UHGV virus genome: UHGV-0263263
Origin: a virus
Reading direction: 5' to 3' (one strand)
Length of the DNA: 35,981 bases
The notes under the pieces were generated by a model that had not been told where the DNA came from, made no database searches, and was given only the letters and a program-made list of their open reading frames with translations. Numbering within the stretch: position 1 is the first letter of the stretch; each line of letters starts with the position of its first letter. Shown here one piece after another: positions 9,674-17,750 of this stretch. A program made the translations under genes and the position numbers.

Positions 9674-10222
9674 TTAAACCAGATCGGAGGCGTCTGCACC
9701 TTCGCTGATATCGTCGAAGTCATCCGGCGCGGCCACACCGCCGCCAGCGAACGCGTCACCATCGCGCAGGAACTGGACACCTCCCAGCGATGCGTTAACA
9801 CGTTTGCCGAAGTTGTTGTCCTGCGCCCAGATGTCGATTACCGCGTTGACGTAGCAACCGGCGTAAGGACGGCCATCAGGCTGGATTAGCGGAGAACGGT
9901 CGCGATCGATAACTGCCGGGCGCGCTTTGTTGGCAGCATTCAGGAAGAAGTTACCCGGGAAGCCTTCGTATTCGGCTTTTTCGTCACCATCATGCAGGCA
10001 GAGGTTGAGCTTTTTCTCCAGCTGGCTGTAAATGGTTTCCCACTTCTCACCCCATTTTTCCTTCGCTACCTGCTTCAGCGCTTTGCGGACTTCGTCCAGT
10101 TGCGGGTGCTTTGGATCCATCAGGAAAACAGCAGAGAAGCGCGGGTCACCTTCGCCGTTCACGGTTTTTGCTTCGAACAGAGCAGGGAAAGCCAGACGGA
10201 CGTTGTTCAGTTTAATTTTCAT
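9674..10222 (-). CDS. ssDNA-binding protein, T7 gp2.5-like (DUF2815 type) with acidic C-terminal tail
   Basis: 182 aa ending ...[16 protein letters not shown]. Position next to the exonuclease and polymerase, as in T7-like replication modules. Confidence 0.6.
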   Translation of the reverse strand: MKIKLNNVRLAFPALFEAKTVNGEGDPRFSAVFLMDPKHPQLDEVRKALKQVAKEKWGEKWETIYSQLEKKLNLCLHDGDEKAEYEGFPGNFFLNAANKARPAVIDRDRSPLIQPDGRPYAGCYVNAVIDIWAQDNNFGKRVNASLGGVQFLRDGDAFAGGGVAAPDDFDDISEGADASDLV

Positions 10223-10237
10223 GGAGTCGTTCCTTAA

Positions 10238-11539
10238 TCAGATGAGGTCTGCGGCGAGCGCGTCGTCGGACACGTCGTCGAAATCGTTAACAGGGTTGAT
10301 ATTGAGCGCAGGGCGCGGGTCGGATTCGGGGGCGACGGTAGGCTTACCGTCAGCGCGGGTGATCAGCGCTTCGACTTTCGTCCAGCGGCGAGGGCTGGCC
10401 TTTTTGATGAGCTTCTCGGCTTTGGTCGGGCTAATCAGCTTAAGGTCGAAAACCTCCTCAGTTTTATATCGGAACTGGTCTTTCAGCAGCGCGCGGGCGG
10501 CTTCTTCATCACTCCAGGCTCGATTACCCTGTTTACCAGTAACCAGCTTAAAGCCCGGTACCGGATGCCCGGCGTTCAGCTCACTGTTCACCCGGTCGCG
10601 CACAGCCTTTAGCCACGATTCGATAGCATCGGCCTGGCTGTAGATCTCCGCCAGTTCCTCGATGGTCAGAAGCGGTACACGCGAGCTGGCATCAGCGATA
10701 ATTTCACCGACCGGTTTCGTCAGGTCTTCGAAATCGCTGGCAGCAGTTTGCATGTGCTGCATTTTCTGAGCAGTGCAGACGGCTTTGGCTTTGCAGAATC
10801 GGCATTGTTTTTCGCCCGGTGTAAAGTTTTCCAGCGGCAGGGTTTCGACGCCTTCGCAATCGGCGATGTTGAATATCACGACCACACTGGCTGCCGCTTC
10901 CTGCGCCCGTTCGCCGAACGCCTGGAGCTCTTCCACCGTCAGGACCCACTCTGAAACGTGGTTAAGCCGCGGCTGGTGGATGAACAGGCGCACCGTCTCG
11001 AAGTCGTACAGCATGCTGAACTGTTCGAGCGCGCCCAGGGCATACAGCTGCAGCTGCTCGTTCTGCTCGGCATCGACGCGCACACCCTTACCGTATTTCA
11101 GGTCGTGGATCTGCAGCTCGTTGCCCGCGATGATTACGCCGTCGGCGGTGCCGAATGACTCGTCTACGCCTACGATGTGGGAGAAGTCGACACGCTGCTC
11201 GACCAGCAGCTCATTGCCCTGCGACAGCGCCCAGACGGTGTCGACGTAACGGCCAACGGCTTCGACCATTTCCTCATCTACCTGCGGGCCGGAAGTATCA
11301 TCCGGGTGCTCAGCAAGAGGATAGGAGCCGAGGAACATCGCGACGTTGCAACCCGCATAGTGCTCCGGGTGACTCTGGCGGTTGCGCAGCACCTTTTTGG
11401 CAAGTGCATGCGCTGCAGTACCTTCTAAAGCGAAGGACGTTTCTTTGTCTGGCTGAGTGGCCTCCAGCGCCAGACTACCGGGGCAGCGCATCCACCGATG
11501 CGCTGAAGACGGGGAAAGTCGTGCATGAACGTCTGGCAT
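10238..11539 (-). CDS. PD-(D/E)XK / Cas4-like exonuclease (DUF2800 type) with Cys cluster and acidic C-terminal tail
   Basis: N-terminal nuclease motifs (...D...E.K...). C-terminal [10 protein letters not shown] cysteine cluster. Tail [16 protein letters not shown]. Confidence 0.7.
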   Translation of the reverse strand: MPDVHARLSPSSAHRWMRCPGSLALEATQPDKETSFALEGTAAHALAKKVLRNRQSHPEHYAGCNVAMFLGSYPLAEHPDDTSGPQVDEEMVEAVGRYVDTVWALSQGNELLVEQRVDFSHIVGVDESFGTADGVIIAGNELQIHDLKYGKGVRVDAEQNEQLQLYALGALEQFSMLYDFETVRLFIHQPRLNHVSEWVLTVEELQAFGERAQEAAASVVVIFNIADCEGVETLPLENFTPGEKQCRFCKAKAVCTAQKMQHMQTAASDFEDLTKPVGEIIADASSRVPLLTIEELAEIYSQADAIESWLKAVRDRVNSELNAGHPVPGFKLVTGKQGNRAWSDEEAARALLKDQFRYKTEEVFDLKLISPTKAEKLIKKASPRRWTKVEALITRADGKPTVAPESDPRPALNINPVNDFDDVSDDALAADLI

Positions 11540-11541
11540 AG

Positions 11542-12462
11542 TTAACCCTCCAGTGCTTTTTCAGCCTGAGCGATCACGTCTGCGAGGTTCTCGTCAGCAA
11601 CTTCGCCGAGTTTTTTGGCACCCTGTTTTTCCAGAATCGCCACCGCTTCGGCGCGGTAACCACCTTTCGCCAGCTGGAGGATCATTCCTTCGGCCTGTTT
11701 ACGCAGCGCCGCAAAATCGGTCTGCGCGCCTGCATTATCCCCGGCATCATCACCCGTTTCGGTACCGCCTTTTGCCGCGTTTTTACGCGCAAAATCTTCC
11801 TGCAGCTGGAGGTATTCAACTTTGGTGATTTCGATATGGCCCTTTTTAAGCAGTTCGTTCAGCTTGCGTAGGGTATGAAGCTCGCTGGCGGCGGAGCCAT
11901 CAACGTTCTTGCAGTAGAAGGGCCCGGTGCGTTCTTCATCCTTACCGCTGGTTTTCGGCTTCACTTCATGGCGACCGTCTGCGGGTGCGTCCAGTAAACG
12001 CTCGGCAAACTCACGGCGTGCCGCGATGGTTGGTAAGTCGTCCCAGTAGCGCAGGATGTTACGCGACAGGTCAAGTAATGCTGGCTTGTTAAGATGGCCA
12101 GCGCGTTTAACACCCTGCAGGGCGCTGTCCAGCGCGTCGATCTGCACAACGCGCTTATCGCCTTCGGCGTCGCGATAATCAACAACGCGCTGAACCATCG
12201 TTTCGCTGAGCTCCTGCGCGTCCGGGTAGAATGCAGCCAGAGCGATAATGTCGCTGAACTCCAGATCATCCAGCGTAACCTTGCGGATAACGGTATTTTC
12301 CGCTTTGGTTTCCGGTACCGTTTCGCGGTATTCCTGAACCTGCGCCACGGTGTCCGGGCGAAGAGCGACACCAGAGGCCAGGGCAGTGATAAGGCGTTCA
12401 AGCAGGGCGTTATGCTGCGTCAGCAGTTGGTTGTTAAGTTCGAGACTGGTTTCTAAGCTCAT
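11542..12462 (-). CDS. Hypothetical early protein (306 aa)
   Basis: Long ORF in operon, coupled to neighbours. No recognisable motif. Confidence 0.5.
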   Translation of the reverse strand: MSLETSLELNNQLLTQHNALLERLITALASGVALRPDTVAQVQEYRETVPETKAENTVIRKVTLDDLEFSDIIALAAFYPDAQELSETMVQRVVDYRDAEGDKRVVQIDALDSALQGVKRAGHLNKPALLDLSRNILRYWDDLPTIAARREFAERLLDAPADGRHEVKPKTSGKDEERTGPFYCKNVDGSAASELHTLRKLNELLKKGHIEITKVEYLQLQEDFARKNAAKGGTETGDDAGDNAGAQTDFAALRKQAEGMILQLAKGGYRAEAVAILEKQGAKKLGEVADENLADVIAQAEKALEG

Positions 12463-12608
12463 ACTGCGGTCCTCGCTACAAGGAGAATGAAGGTAATAGC
12501 CAGGCCGAACGCAGTAGCGAGGGCCAGACCGGTAAAGATGTCGAAATGTTTGCGGCGCCAGCGGAGCACGTCGCGCCCCGTCAGCCGGTGGAGGTGTTCA
12601 GGTTTCAT
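12459..12608 (-). CDS. Small membrane protein (49 aa), first gene of the leftward early operon
   Basis: GGAG SD and ATG at 12608 immediately after the terminator. C-terminal TM (LALATAFGLAITFILLV). Confidence 0.5.
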   Translation of the reverse strand: MKPEHLHRLTGRDVLRWRRKHFDIFTGLALATAFGLAITFILLVARTAV

Positions 12609-12620
12609 CGGTAGTGCTCC

Positions 12621-12646
12621 AAAAAAGAGCCCCTCTTGCGAGGGGC
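12621..12646 (-). terminator. Rho-independent terminator in the PL leader, immediately upstream of the first early-left gene
   Basis: Minus-strand GCCCCTCGCAAGAGGGGC followed by TCTTTTTT. Confidence 0.8.
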
Positions 12647-12875
12647 AAAGACTACACACAGCAATGCAATGGACTTAATGAAGCGCCTGACAGACGCTTG
12701 ATAAGTTCACTCCGCCCCATCATCGGGGCGTTTCAACTTGCGTGACTTATCAGCTCGTCGCGGTGTGGTCCTCTACGCTTACCGTACGCATACGGACTCG
12801 GCGCTTACCTCGATCCCATCGGGTGCCATTTCGTTTTGCCAGGAGTACTGCGGCTTACCTGTCACGCGGTTCTGT

Positions 12876-12888
12876 TTGTTAAAGAGCG
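12876..12888 (-). promoter_or_regulatory. boxA antitermination element (CGCTCTTTAACAA) in the PL leader RNA
   Basis: 12/13 match to E. coli rrn boxA TGCTCTTTAACAA and to the lambda nut boxA core CGCTCTT.A. Lies about 45 nt downstream of the predicted PL start. Confidence 0.65.
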
Positions 12889-12929
12889 ATTGCTTAACCC
12901 GAAAATGCATTGAATTAAGCGATAACGCA

Positions 12930-12959
12930 TTTATATGCTAACTCGCATTATCCGGTCAA
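12930..12959 (-). promoter_or_regulatory. PL-like sigma70 promoter for the leftward early operon
   Basis: Minus strand TTGACC (12959-12954), 18-bp spacer, TATAAA (12935-12930). Flanked by ATGCAT/ATGCGTTATCGC operator-like repeats. Confidence 0.6.
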
Positions 12960-12980
12960 CCCAAAAATGCATTATATCGC

Positions 12981-13007
12981 AAAAAAGAAAGGCCGCTTTA
13001 TGCGGCC
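12981..13007 (-). terminator. Rho-independent terminator of the repressor gene
   Basis: Minus-strand GGCCGC-ataaa-GCGGCC followed by TTTCTTTTTT, 22 nt after the repressor stop. Confidence 0.8.
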
Positions 13008-13029
13008 TGTGTTTAACGCTTTGATTTTA

Positions 13030-13707
13030 TTAAGGACGCCATAGCGACGATTTAGCTATGCCTGCTATATACTGGATTTTAGTGACAGAACTCTTAGGTA
13101 ATCTGATAGGAGCGTGGTTTTCGTTTACCGGGAGTAAATGGTAAAAGCCGTCGCGTTCAAAAAGAAAAGTCTTGACCATTACTTCACCCTGTTCGGTGAC
13201 TACTAGCACTTCATCTCCTGGGTGGTAACCGTGGTTAGGTTCTATTATTACGAACTCACCTTCTTTGATACGAGGTACCATAGAATCGCCAACGCATTTT
13301 AGCGCGTATACATCTGCATCATATGAAGGCCATCTGATGTGGCCATCTCCATTACCAACCGGGTATTGCATATCCGTCCAGAACCCTCCATTACCCAGCT
13401 GGGTATTACCCAATACCGGTACTTCCCTGAATTCAAAATCATAAGGGTCACCGTCCACGTCAACTACTGTTCGTGGTTTTTCGGCTTGTAGGTCGCATTC
13501 CACCAGGTCCACAGGGGAAATTTTAAAAAACTCAGCAATGTGTTTCAGGGTAATGTACTTCGGATCTTTAATCTCTCCAGCAAGCATGCGCTGCAGCGTA
13601 GACTGCTGCATTTTTACTTTTCTGGATAGCTCCGTCACGCTAGAGATACCTGCTTTCTCCATTAGGTATTTGATGTTTTTCTGAACAACATCGTATTCGT
13701 ATGCCAT
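13030..13707 (-). CDS. CI-like repressor: N-terminal HTH (XRE) plus C-terminal S24 LexA-like autopeptidase
   Basis: HTH SSVTELSRKVKMQQSTLQRMLAG. C-terminal GDSM (Ser nucleophile) ... K dyad and an Ala-Gly-like cleavage region. Confidence 0.85.
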   Translation of the reverse strand: MAYEYDVVQKNIKYLMEKAGISSVTELSRKVKMQQSTLQRMLAGEIKDPKYITLKHIAEFFKISPVDLVECDLQAEKPRTVVDVDGDPYDFEFREVPVLGNTQLGNGGFWTDMQYPVGNGDGHIRWPSYDADVYALKCVGDSMVPRIKEGEFVIIEPNHGYHPGDEVLVVTEQGEVMVKTFLFERDGFYHLLPVNENHAPIRLPKSSVTKIQYIAGIAKSSLWRP

Positions 13708-13719
13708 GTCATTGAATCC

Positions 13720-13756
13720 TTGTTCGTTTAATGAACAAATATGCGTTATTGCATAT
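13720..13756. promoter_or_regulatory. Operator palindromes in the divergent repressor/cro control region
   Basis: TTGTTCGTTTAATGAACAA (13720-13738, one mismatch) directly abutting ATATGCGTTATTGCATAT (13739-13756, perfect 6-bp arms). The ATGCGTTAT half-site recurs at PL. Confidence 0.55.
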
Positions 13757-13848
13757 TTTAGCGCGTTTATTTAAAGCGTTTCTGGGTTGTTTATCAATGC
13801 GTTTTCGGATAGATTTGCTTCATAACATAAACGATGGAGCATTTCGCC

Positions 13849-14049
13849 ATGATTGAGTTAACTCCTAAAGACATGGTTCAGTCCCTGATTGATGCAGGGT
13901 ACACCCAAAGCCAGATTGCCGAAGCTACCGGTGTAGCGCAATCCTCAATTTGCCGACTGCTTACTGGTGTGCATACAGATCCGCGCATATCTACCGTCAG
14001 GGCTTTAGAGAATATGCTGCGTACCGTCGGCGAATCCAAAAAGGCGTAA
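13849..14049 (+). CDS. Cro-like HTH regulator
   Basis: 66 aa from the ATG at 13849 (GGAG SD); the listed ORF starts at 13834. HTH QSQIAEATGVAQSSICRLL. Divergent from the repressor. Confidence 0.6.
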   Translation: MIELTPKDMVQSLIDAGYTQSQIAEATGVAQSSICRLLTGVHTDPRISTVRALENMLRTVGESKKA

Positions 14050-14052
14050 CCC

Positions 14053-16221
14053 ATGCCAGAGAAAAAGATCTGGGGGGCGACGCCTGACGAATGGTTCCAC
14101 TTCGATCTGGTGCTGGGGCGTACTGACCAGCTGCTGCCGGTCGTGTGTAACCCGGGCGCGACCATATCCCCGAATAGCAAACTCAAAATGCTTGGCAAAA
14201 CGCCAAGCCTGTATAACCGCGACCGACTGGCTACCGGCATTGCTCAGTGGACCGAGCATGTTGTTACTGAGCATGACTTTGCCCGCTGGTCTAACGAACC
14301 GGATTACGGCATCTGCGTGCGCACGGGCCACGGCTGGCTGGCGCTGGACTGCGACAGCGAAGACGAAGATATCCAGGCCGATATTCACAAAACGCTGGTG
14401 CAGCTGCTGGGCGAGCTGCCGCCGCGTCGCTGGCGCGCTAACAGCAACAAATGCCTGTACCTGCTGGCCGTTGACGGCGATTTTCGTAAGCGCATCCACC
14501 GTCTGGCGGGTGATATGGGGATTATCGAGCTGCTGGCGAACGGCCAACAGTTCGTTGCCTGCGGTACGCACAGCAGCGGCTCACGTATTGAATGGGACGG
14601 CGGTCTGCCGGACGAGCCACCAGCCATAACAGCTGACCAGCTCGAAACGCTGTGGCAGCGCCTGGCGGATCAGCTGCCTGTGTCGGTCACCACCGAAGCG
14701 GGCAGCACGAAGATGCGCGACCGCTCAACGTTCACACCCGGTGCGACGGACGATACTGCCGATTACCTCGACGCCCATGGCTGGACGCTGCTTGATGGCG
14801 CGAACGGTGAGCGCTATATCCGCTGCCCGTTTGAGGACGGCCACAGCACCGGTGGCGACCCGACCAGTACGGTTTACTTTCCGGGTGGTACCGCGGGCTT
14901 TGAGCAGGGGCATTTTAAGTGCCTGCATGCCAGCTGCGCGCACCGCGATGACGGTGATTTCCTTAATGCCATCGGGATCCGCAACGACGATTTCGAAGAC
15001 CTGACCAGCACCGACGTTGCAGAGCCATTACCGCTGCCGGCGTTCGAGCGCGATAAGTGGGGCCGCATCGAGGCCACCATCAGCAACGCGGCCAAAGCGG
15101 TTGTGCGTCCTGACTTCGTGGACATCGATATCCGCTTCGACCAGTTCCGCGACGAAATCATGTTCGCCCAGGCGGGATCCGGCCAGTGGCAGGCATTCAC
15201 CGATGCGGACTATGCGCGCCTGCGCATCACGATGGAAAAGCGCGGCTTTAAACCTGTAGGGCGCGAGCTCATCCGCGACGTGGTGCTGCTGGCCGCTGAC
15301 GAACAGCCATTTGATTCGGCTACTACCTGGCTGAACGGGCTGGAGTGGGACGGCGTGCCGCGCATCGAATCTTTCTACCACACACACTTCGGTACCGCTG
15401 ACACGCCATACACCCGCGCGGTGTCCATGTACATGTGGACCGCGCTGGCGGGCAGGGTGCTGGAGCCCGGCGTTAAAGCCGATATGGTGCCGATCCTCGT
15501 CGGGCCGCAGGGCTGCGGTAAGTCCTCCGGCGTGGAGGCTTTATCACCCGACCCGGCATTCTTCACCGAGATCTCATTCGCTGAGAAAGACGACGACCTC
15601 GCACGTAAGATGCGCGGGCGCCTGGTGGCGGAGATAGGCGAGCTGCGTGGCCTCAACACCAAAGAGCTGGAAAGCATCAAGGCCTTCGTGACGCGCACGC
15701 ATGAGAACTGGATCCCTAAATACCGGGAGTTCGCTACCCAGTTCCCGCGTCGGCTGGTGTTCGTCGGTACCACTAACGAGGACGAATTCCTCGCTGACAA
15801 GACCGGTAACCGCCGGTGGTTGCCCGTGGAGGTGTCGAAAGTCGACGTGAAAGCGATAAAAACCGACCTCCTTTTGCTGTGGGCGGAGTCCCGCGAGACG
15901 TTTAAGCGTCTCGGCGGTATCCAGTTCCGCGATGCTGAGCGGCTCGGTGCGAGTGTCCATGAGCAGTACACCATTAAGGACGCTTGGCTCGAGACGGTAG
16001 AGAAGTGGCTCGACACGCCTGACCTGATGACTAACGACATTCCGCGAAATTGCGAATTTTTACGCGCTAGCGACGTTCTGCGCGATGCGATTGGCTTAAA
16101 CCCTGAGAAGGTATCAAGACGCGAACAAATGCGAATTAGCGGAGTTTTGCAAAATTGCGGGTATAAGGCCAGCCGCGAAACCATTAATGGTAAGCAACAG
16201 CGGGTTTTTATTAAGCAATAG
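14053..16221 (+). CDS. Primase-helicase: N-terminal prim-pol-like primase with zinc-binding CxxH..C..C region, C-terminal P-loop NTPase (VirE / P4-alpha-like)
   Basis: 722 aa. Cys/His cluster CPFEDGHSTGG...HFKCLHASCAHRDDGD. Walker A VGPQGCGKSS. Followed immediately by the iteron origin. Confidence 0.8.
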   Translation: MPEKKIWGATPDEWFHFDLVLGRTDQLLPVVCNPGATISPNSKLKMLGKTPSLYNRDRLATGIAQWTEHVVTEHDFARWSNEPDYGICVRTGHGWLALDCDSEDEDIQADIHKTLVQLLGELPPRRWRANSNKCLYLLAVDGDFRKRIHRLAGDMGIIELLANGQQFVACGTHSSGSRIEWDGGLPDEPPAITADQLETLWQRLADQLPVSVTTEAGSTKMRDRSTFTPGATDDTADYLDAHGWTLLDGANGERYIRCPFEDGHSTGGDPTSTVYFPGGTAGFEQGHFKCLHASCAHRDDGDFLNAIGIRNDDFEDLTSTDVAEPLPLPAFERDKWGRIEATISNAAKAVVRPDFVDIDIRFDQFRDEIMFAQAGSGQWQAFTDADYARLRITMEKRGFKPVGRELIRDVVLLAADEQPFDSATTWLNGLEWDGVPRIESFYHTHFGTADTPYTRAVSMYMWTALAGRVLEPGVKADMVPILVGPQGCGKSSGVEALSPDPAFFTEISFAEKDDDLARKMRGRLVAEIGELRGLNTKELESIKAFVTRTHENWIPKYREFATQFPRRLVFVGTTNEDEFLADKTGNRRWLPVEVSKVDVKAIKTDLLLLWAESRETFKRLGGIQFRDAERLGASVHEQYTIKDAWLETVEKWLDTPDLMTNDIPRNCEFLRASDVLRDAIGLNPEKVSRREQMRISGVLQNCGYKASRETINGKQQRVFIKQ

Positions 16222-16396
16222 ACAACCTGTAGACAACCTTCAGCGATAGGTTGTCTACAAAAACCTTATTGATATTTAAAGGAAAAAACAACCTAGACAA
16301 CCTAGACAACCTTTTTACTAAAAACCCCATATATATATATAAGTCGATTTAGGGAAAGGTTTAGAAATGGTTGTCTAGGTTGTCACAGGTTGTCTA
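16219..16396. repeat. Putative replication origin: (T)AGACAACCT iterons in direct and inverted orientation flanking an (AT)6 tract
   Basis: Direct copies at 16219-16228, 16230-16239 and a tandem 16288-16312. Inverted copies (AGGTTGTCT) at 16248-16257, 16369-16376, 16377-16384 and 16387-16396. ATATATATATATA at 16329-16341. Confidence 0.7.
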
Positions 16397-16498
16397 CCTC
16401 TGAAATTGAAAATTATTGCGGGTAGCGATATGCAAACACGATTCGGTTCCACCACGGCGATTAACGAGCGCCAGAAGCTCAATAAAATCACTCTCTAT

Positions 16499-16520
16499 GC
16501 TCGCGCGTGCGCGCGTTTTG
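16499..16520 (+). terminator. Weak hairpin plus T4 (CGCGCG-tg-CGCGCG TTTT) upstream of the HTH gene
   Basis: Perfect GC-only 6-bp stem followed by TTTT, then the GGGGGGTGA SD of the next gene. Confidence 0.35.
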
Positions 16521-16531
16521 GGGGGTGACCT

Positions 16532-16807
16532 ATGCCAGTTGTCGCGACGTTCAAAACAGACTGGTTCCGGGTGATTAACGACATCACGCGCAGCGGCATT
16601 CCCCTGCAGGAGATTGCCAGAGAGCTCGACGTGTCGAAGTCTGCTATCATCGGCTGGAAGCAGGGCGCAGCACCGAACCACCACACAGGCGAAGCGCTGA
16701 TAGATTTCTGGTGCTACGTCACACAGCGCCCACGCTCCGAACTGCCAGCACAGGTCACATCACGGCGATTCGTTTACGCCTGGCGTTCTAAGCGCCTGGC
16801 GCCATGA
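16532..16807 (+). CDS. Small HTH DNA-binding protein, candidate late-gene regulator (Q-like position)
   Basis: 91 aa. HTH IPLQEIARELDVSKSAIIGWKQG. Last gene of the rightward early operon, directly upstream of the late region. Confidence 0.5.
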   Translation: MPVVATFKTDWFRVINDITRSGIPLQEIARELDVSKSAIIGWKQGAAPNHHTGEALIDFWCYVTQRPRSELPAQVTSRRFVYAWRSKRLAP

Positions 16808-17020
16808 AAACTTGCAAAAACAGGGCGTTCATCGGTTAAAACCGCTATGCAAAAACCGCCCTGTTTTATGCACGATTTATGCAGTCCATTTTCACCACTT
16901 CCAGCCAGTAAACCGCAACAAATAACCGCTTCACGCTGAATCGTTAACGAGTGCCATTTCGCTGGTGCGCGTAACGTCCATTATGTTAAATCGGCCCTGT
17001 TTTTAACAAATCTTCCATTT

Positions 17021-17036
17021 GGTCGGGATCCCGACC
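17021..17036 (+). promoter_or_regulatory. Late-element copy 2 (GGTCGGGATCCCGACC, perfect palindrome), 48 bp upstream of the first head-module gene
   Basis: Preceded by a boxA-like CTGTTTTTAACAAAT 11 nt upstream. Followed by CCCCGTTTCACAC. Confidence 0.6.
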
Positions 17037-17084
17037 GCGACCCCGTTTCACACTTACGGCTCAATCATCACAGGAGCCACCACA

Positions 17085-17504
17085 ATGGGCCGACCAAAGA
17101 AACCTATCGAAGTACCTGGGCAGGAACCTGAAACGGGCGCAGAACTGATTACAGGTACCACCGGTGAAGCCACAGCACTGGGCCCACAGCGCGCAGAGCC
17201 TGAGATTATCCAGCAGCGCGTTGCCAGTCTGCTGGACGATGCCGCACTTGCTGAGCGCAATACTCTGCTGGGTACCATCAACGAGCAGGGCGCGGCCATC
17301 ATCGCCCGCTTTGAAACGCTGGGTTACACCGACCTTGCCGACCAGCAGCTCACCGACAATATCGAATTCCTCCAGCTCGTCAAAAAAGCCACCACGGCAG
17401 AGCCTGCCGCGCCGCTGGGCTACGTGACGAACGACGAGGGCAAGCGCCAGCCGGTTACGGGTAAGCCCGTTCTGACTGAGCACGGCTGGCACGTTCCGGG
17501 CTAA
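17085..17504 (+). CDS. Hypothetical protein, first gene of the late/head module
   Basis: 139 aa. GGAG SD. No recognisable motif. Confidence 0.5.
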   Translation: MGRPKKPIEVPGQEPETGAELITGTTGEATALGPQRAEPEIIQQRVASLLDDAALAERNTLLGTINEQGAAIIARFETLGYTDLADQQLTDNIEFLQLVKKATTAEPAAPLGYVTNDEGKRQPVTGKPVLTEHGWHVPG

Positions 17505-17516
17505 GAGGGGATCGCT

Positions 17517-17747
17517 ATGTGTGGAGGTGGAGCACCTAAGGTCGTACAGACCGACCCGCAGGCCGAAGCGGATGCAGCTGCCGACGCAGCGGCAAAAGCG
17601 GCAAACGCAGATGCAGCAGCGCGCAAGAAGCGCAAGAAAGGCTCGTCCCTTCTCGCCAGTGGTGCAGAGGGTGCAGCTGATTCGGGCAGCTCTCTGCTGT
17701 CCTCGGGTGCGCAGGCAGCGCAGCAGAAAAACACTCTGGGGGCGTAA
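17517..17747 (+). CDS. T7 gp6.7-like small virion protein
   Basis: 76 aa. MCGGGAPK N-terminus, like T7 gp6.7 MCFSPK. Ala/Ser/Lys-rich. Sits just before the portal gene as in T7. Confidence 0.5.
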   Translation: MCGGGAPKVVQTDPQAEADAAADAAAKAANADAAARKKRKKGSSLLASGAEGAADSGSSLLSSGAQAAQQKNTLGA

Positions 17748-17750
17748 CTG

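Noticed and set aside
12660-12925. An N-like antiterminator ORF in the PL leader
   Set aside because: Only ORFs of 23 codons or fewer, lacking SDs and Arg-rich character, were found on the transcribed (minus) strand.
15375-16184. Long antisense ORFs inside high-GC genes (e.g. 15375-16184 minus inside the primase; 17061-17909 minus; 5039-5716 plus; 8428-9051 plus; 10032-10643 plus)
   Set aside because: Typical stop-poor shadow frames of GC-rich coding DNA. No SDs. They overlap genes that have strong motif support.
16219-16396. Clustered short repeats considered as a possible CRISPR array
   Set aside because: The repeats are 9-10 bp, occur in both orientations, have no regular unique spacers and centre on an (AT)n tract. 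This is an origin-iteron layout, and there are no cas genes.
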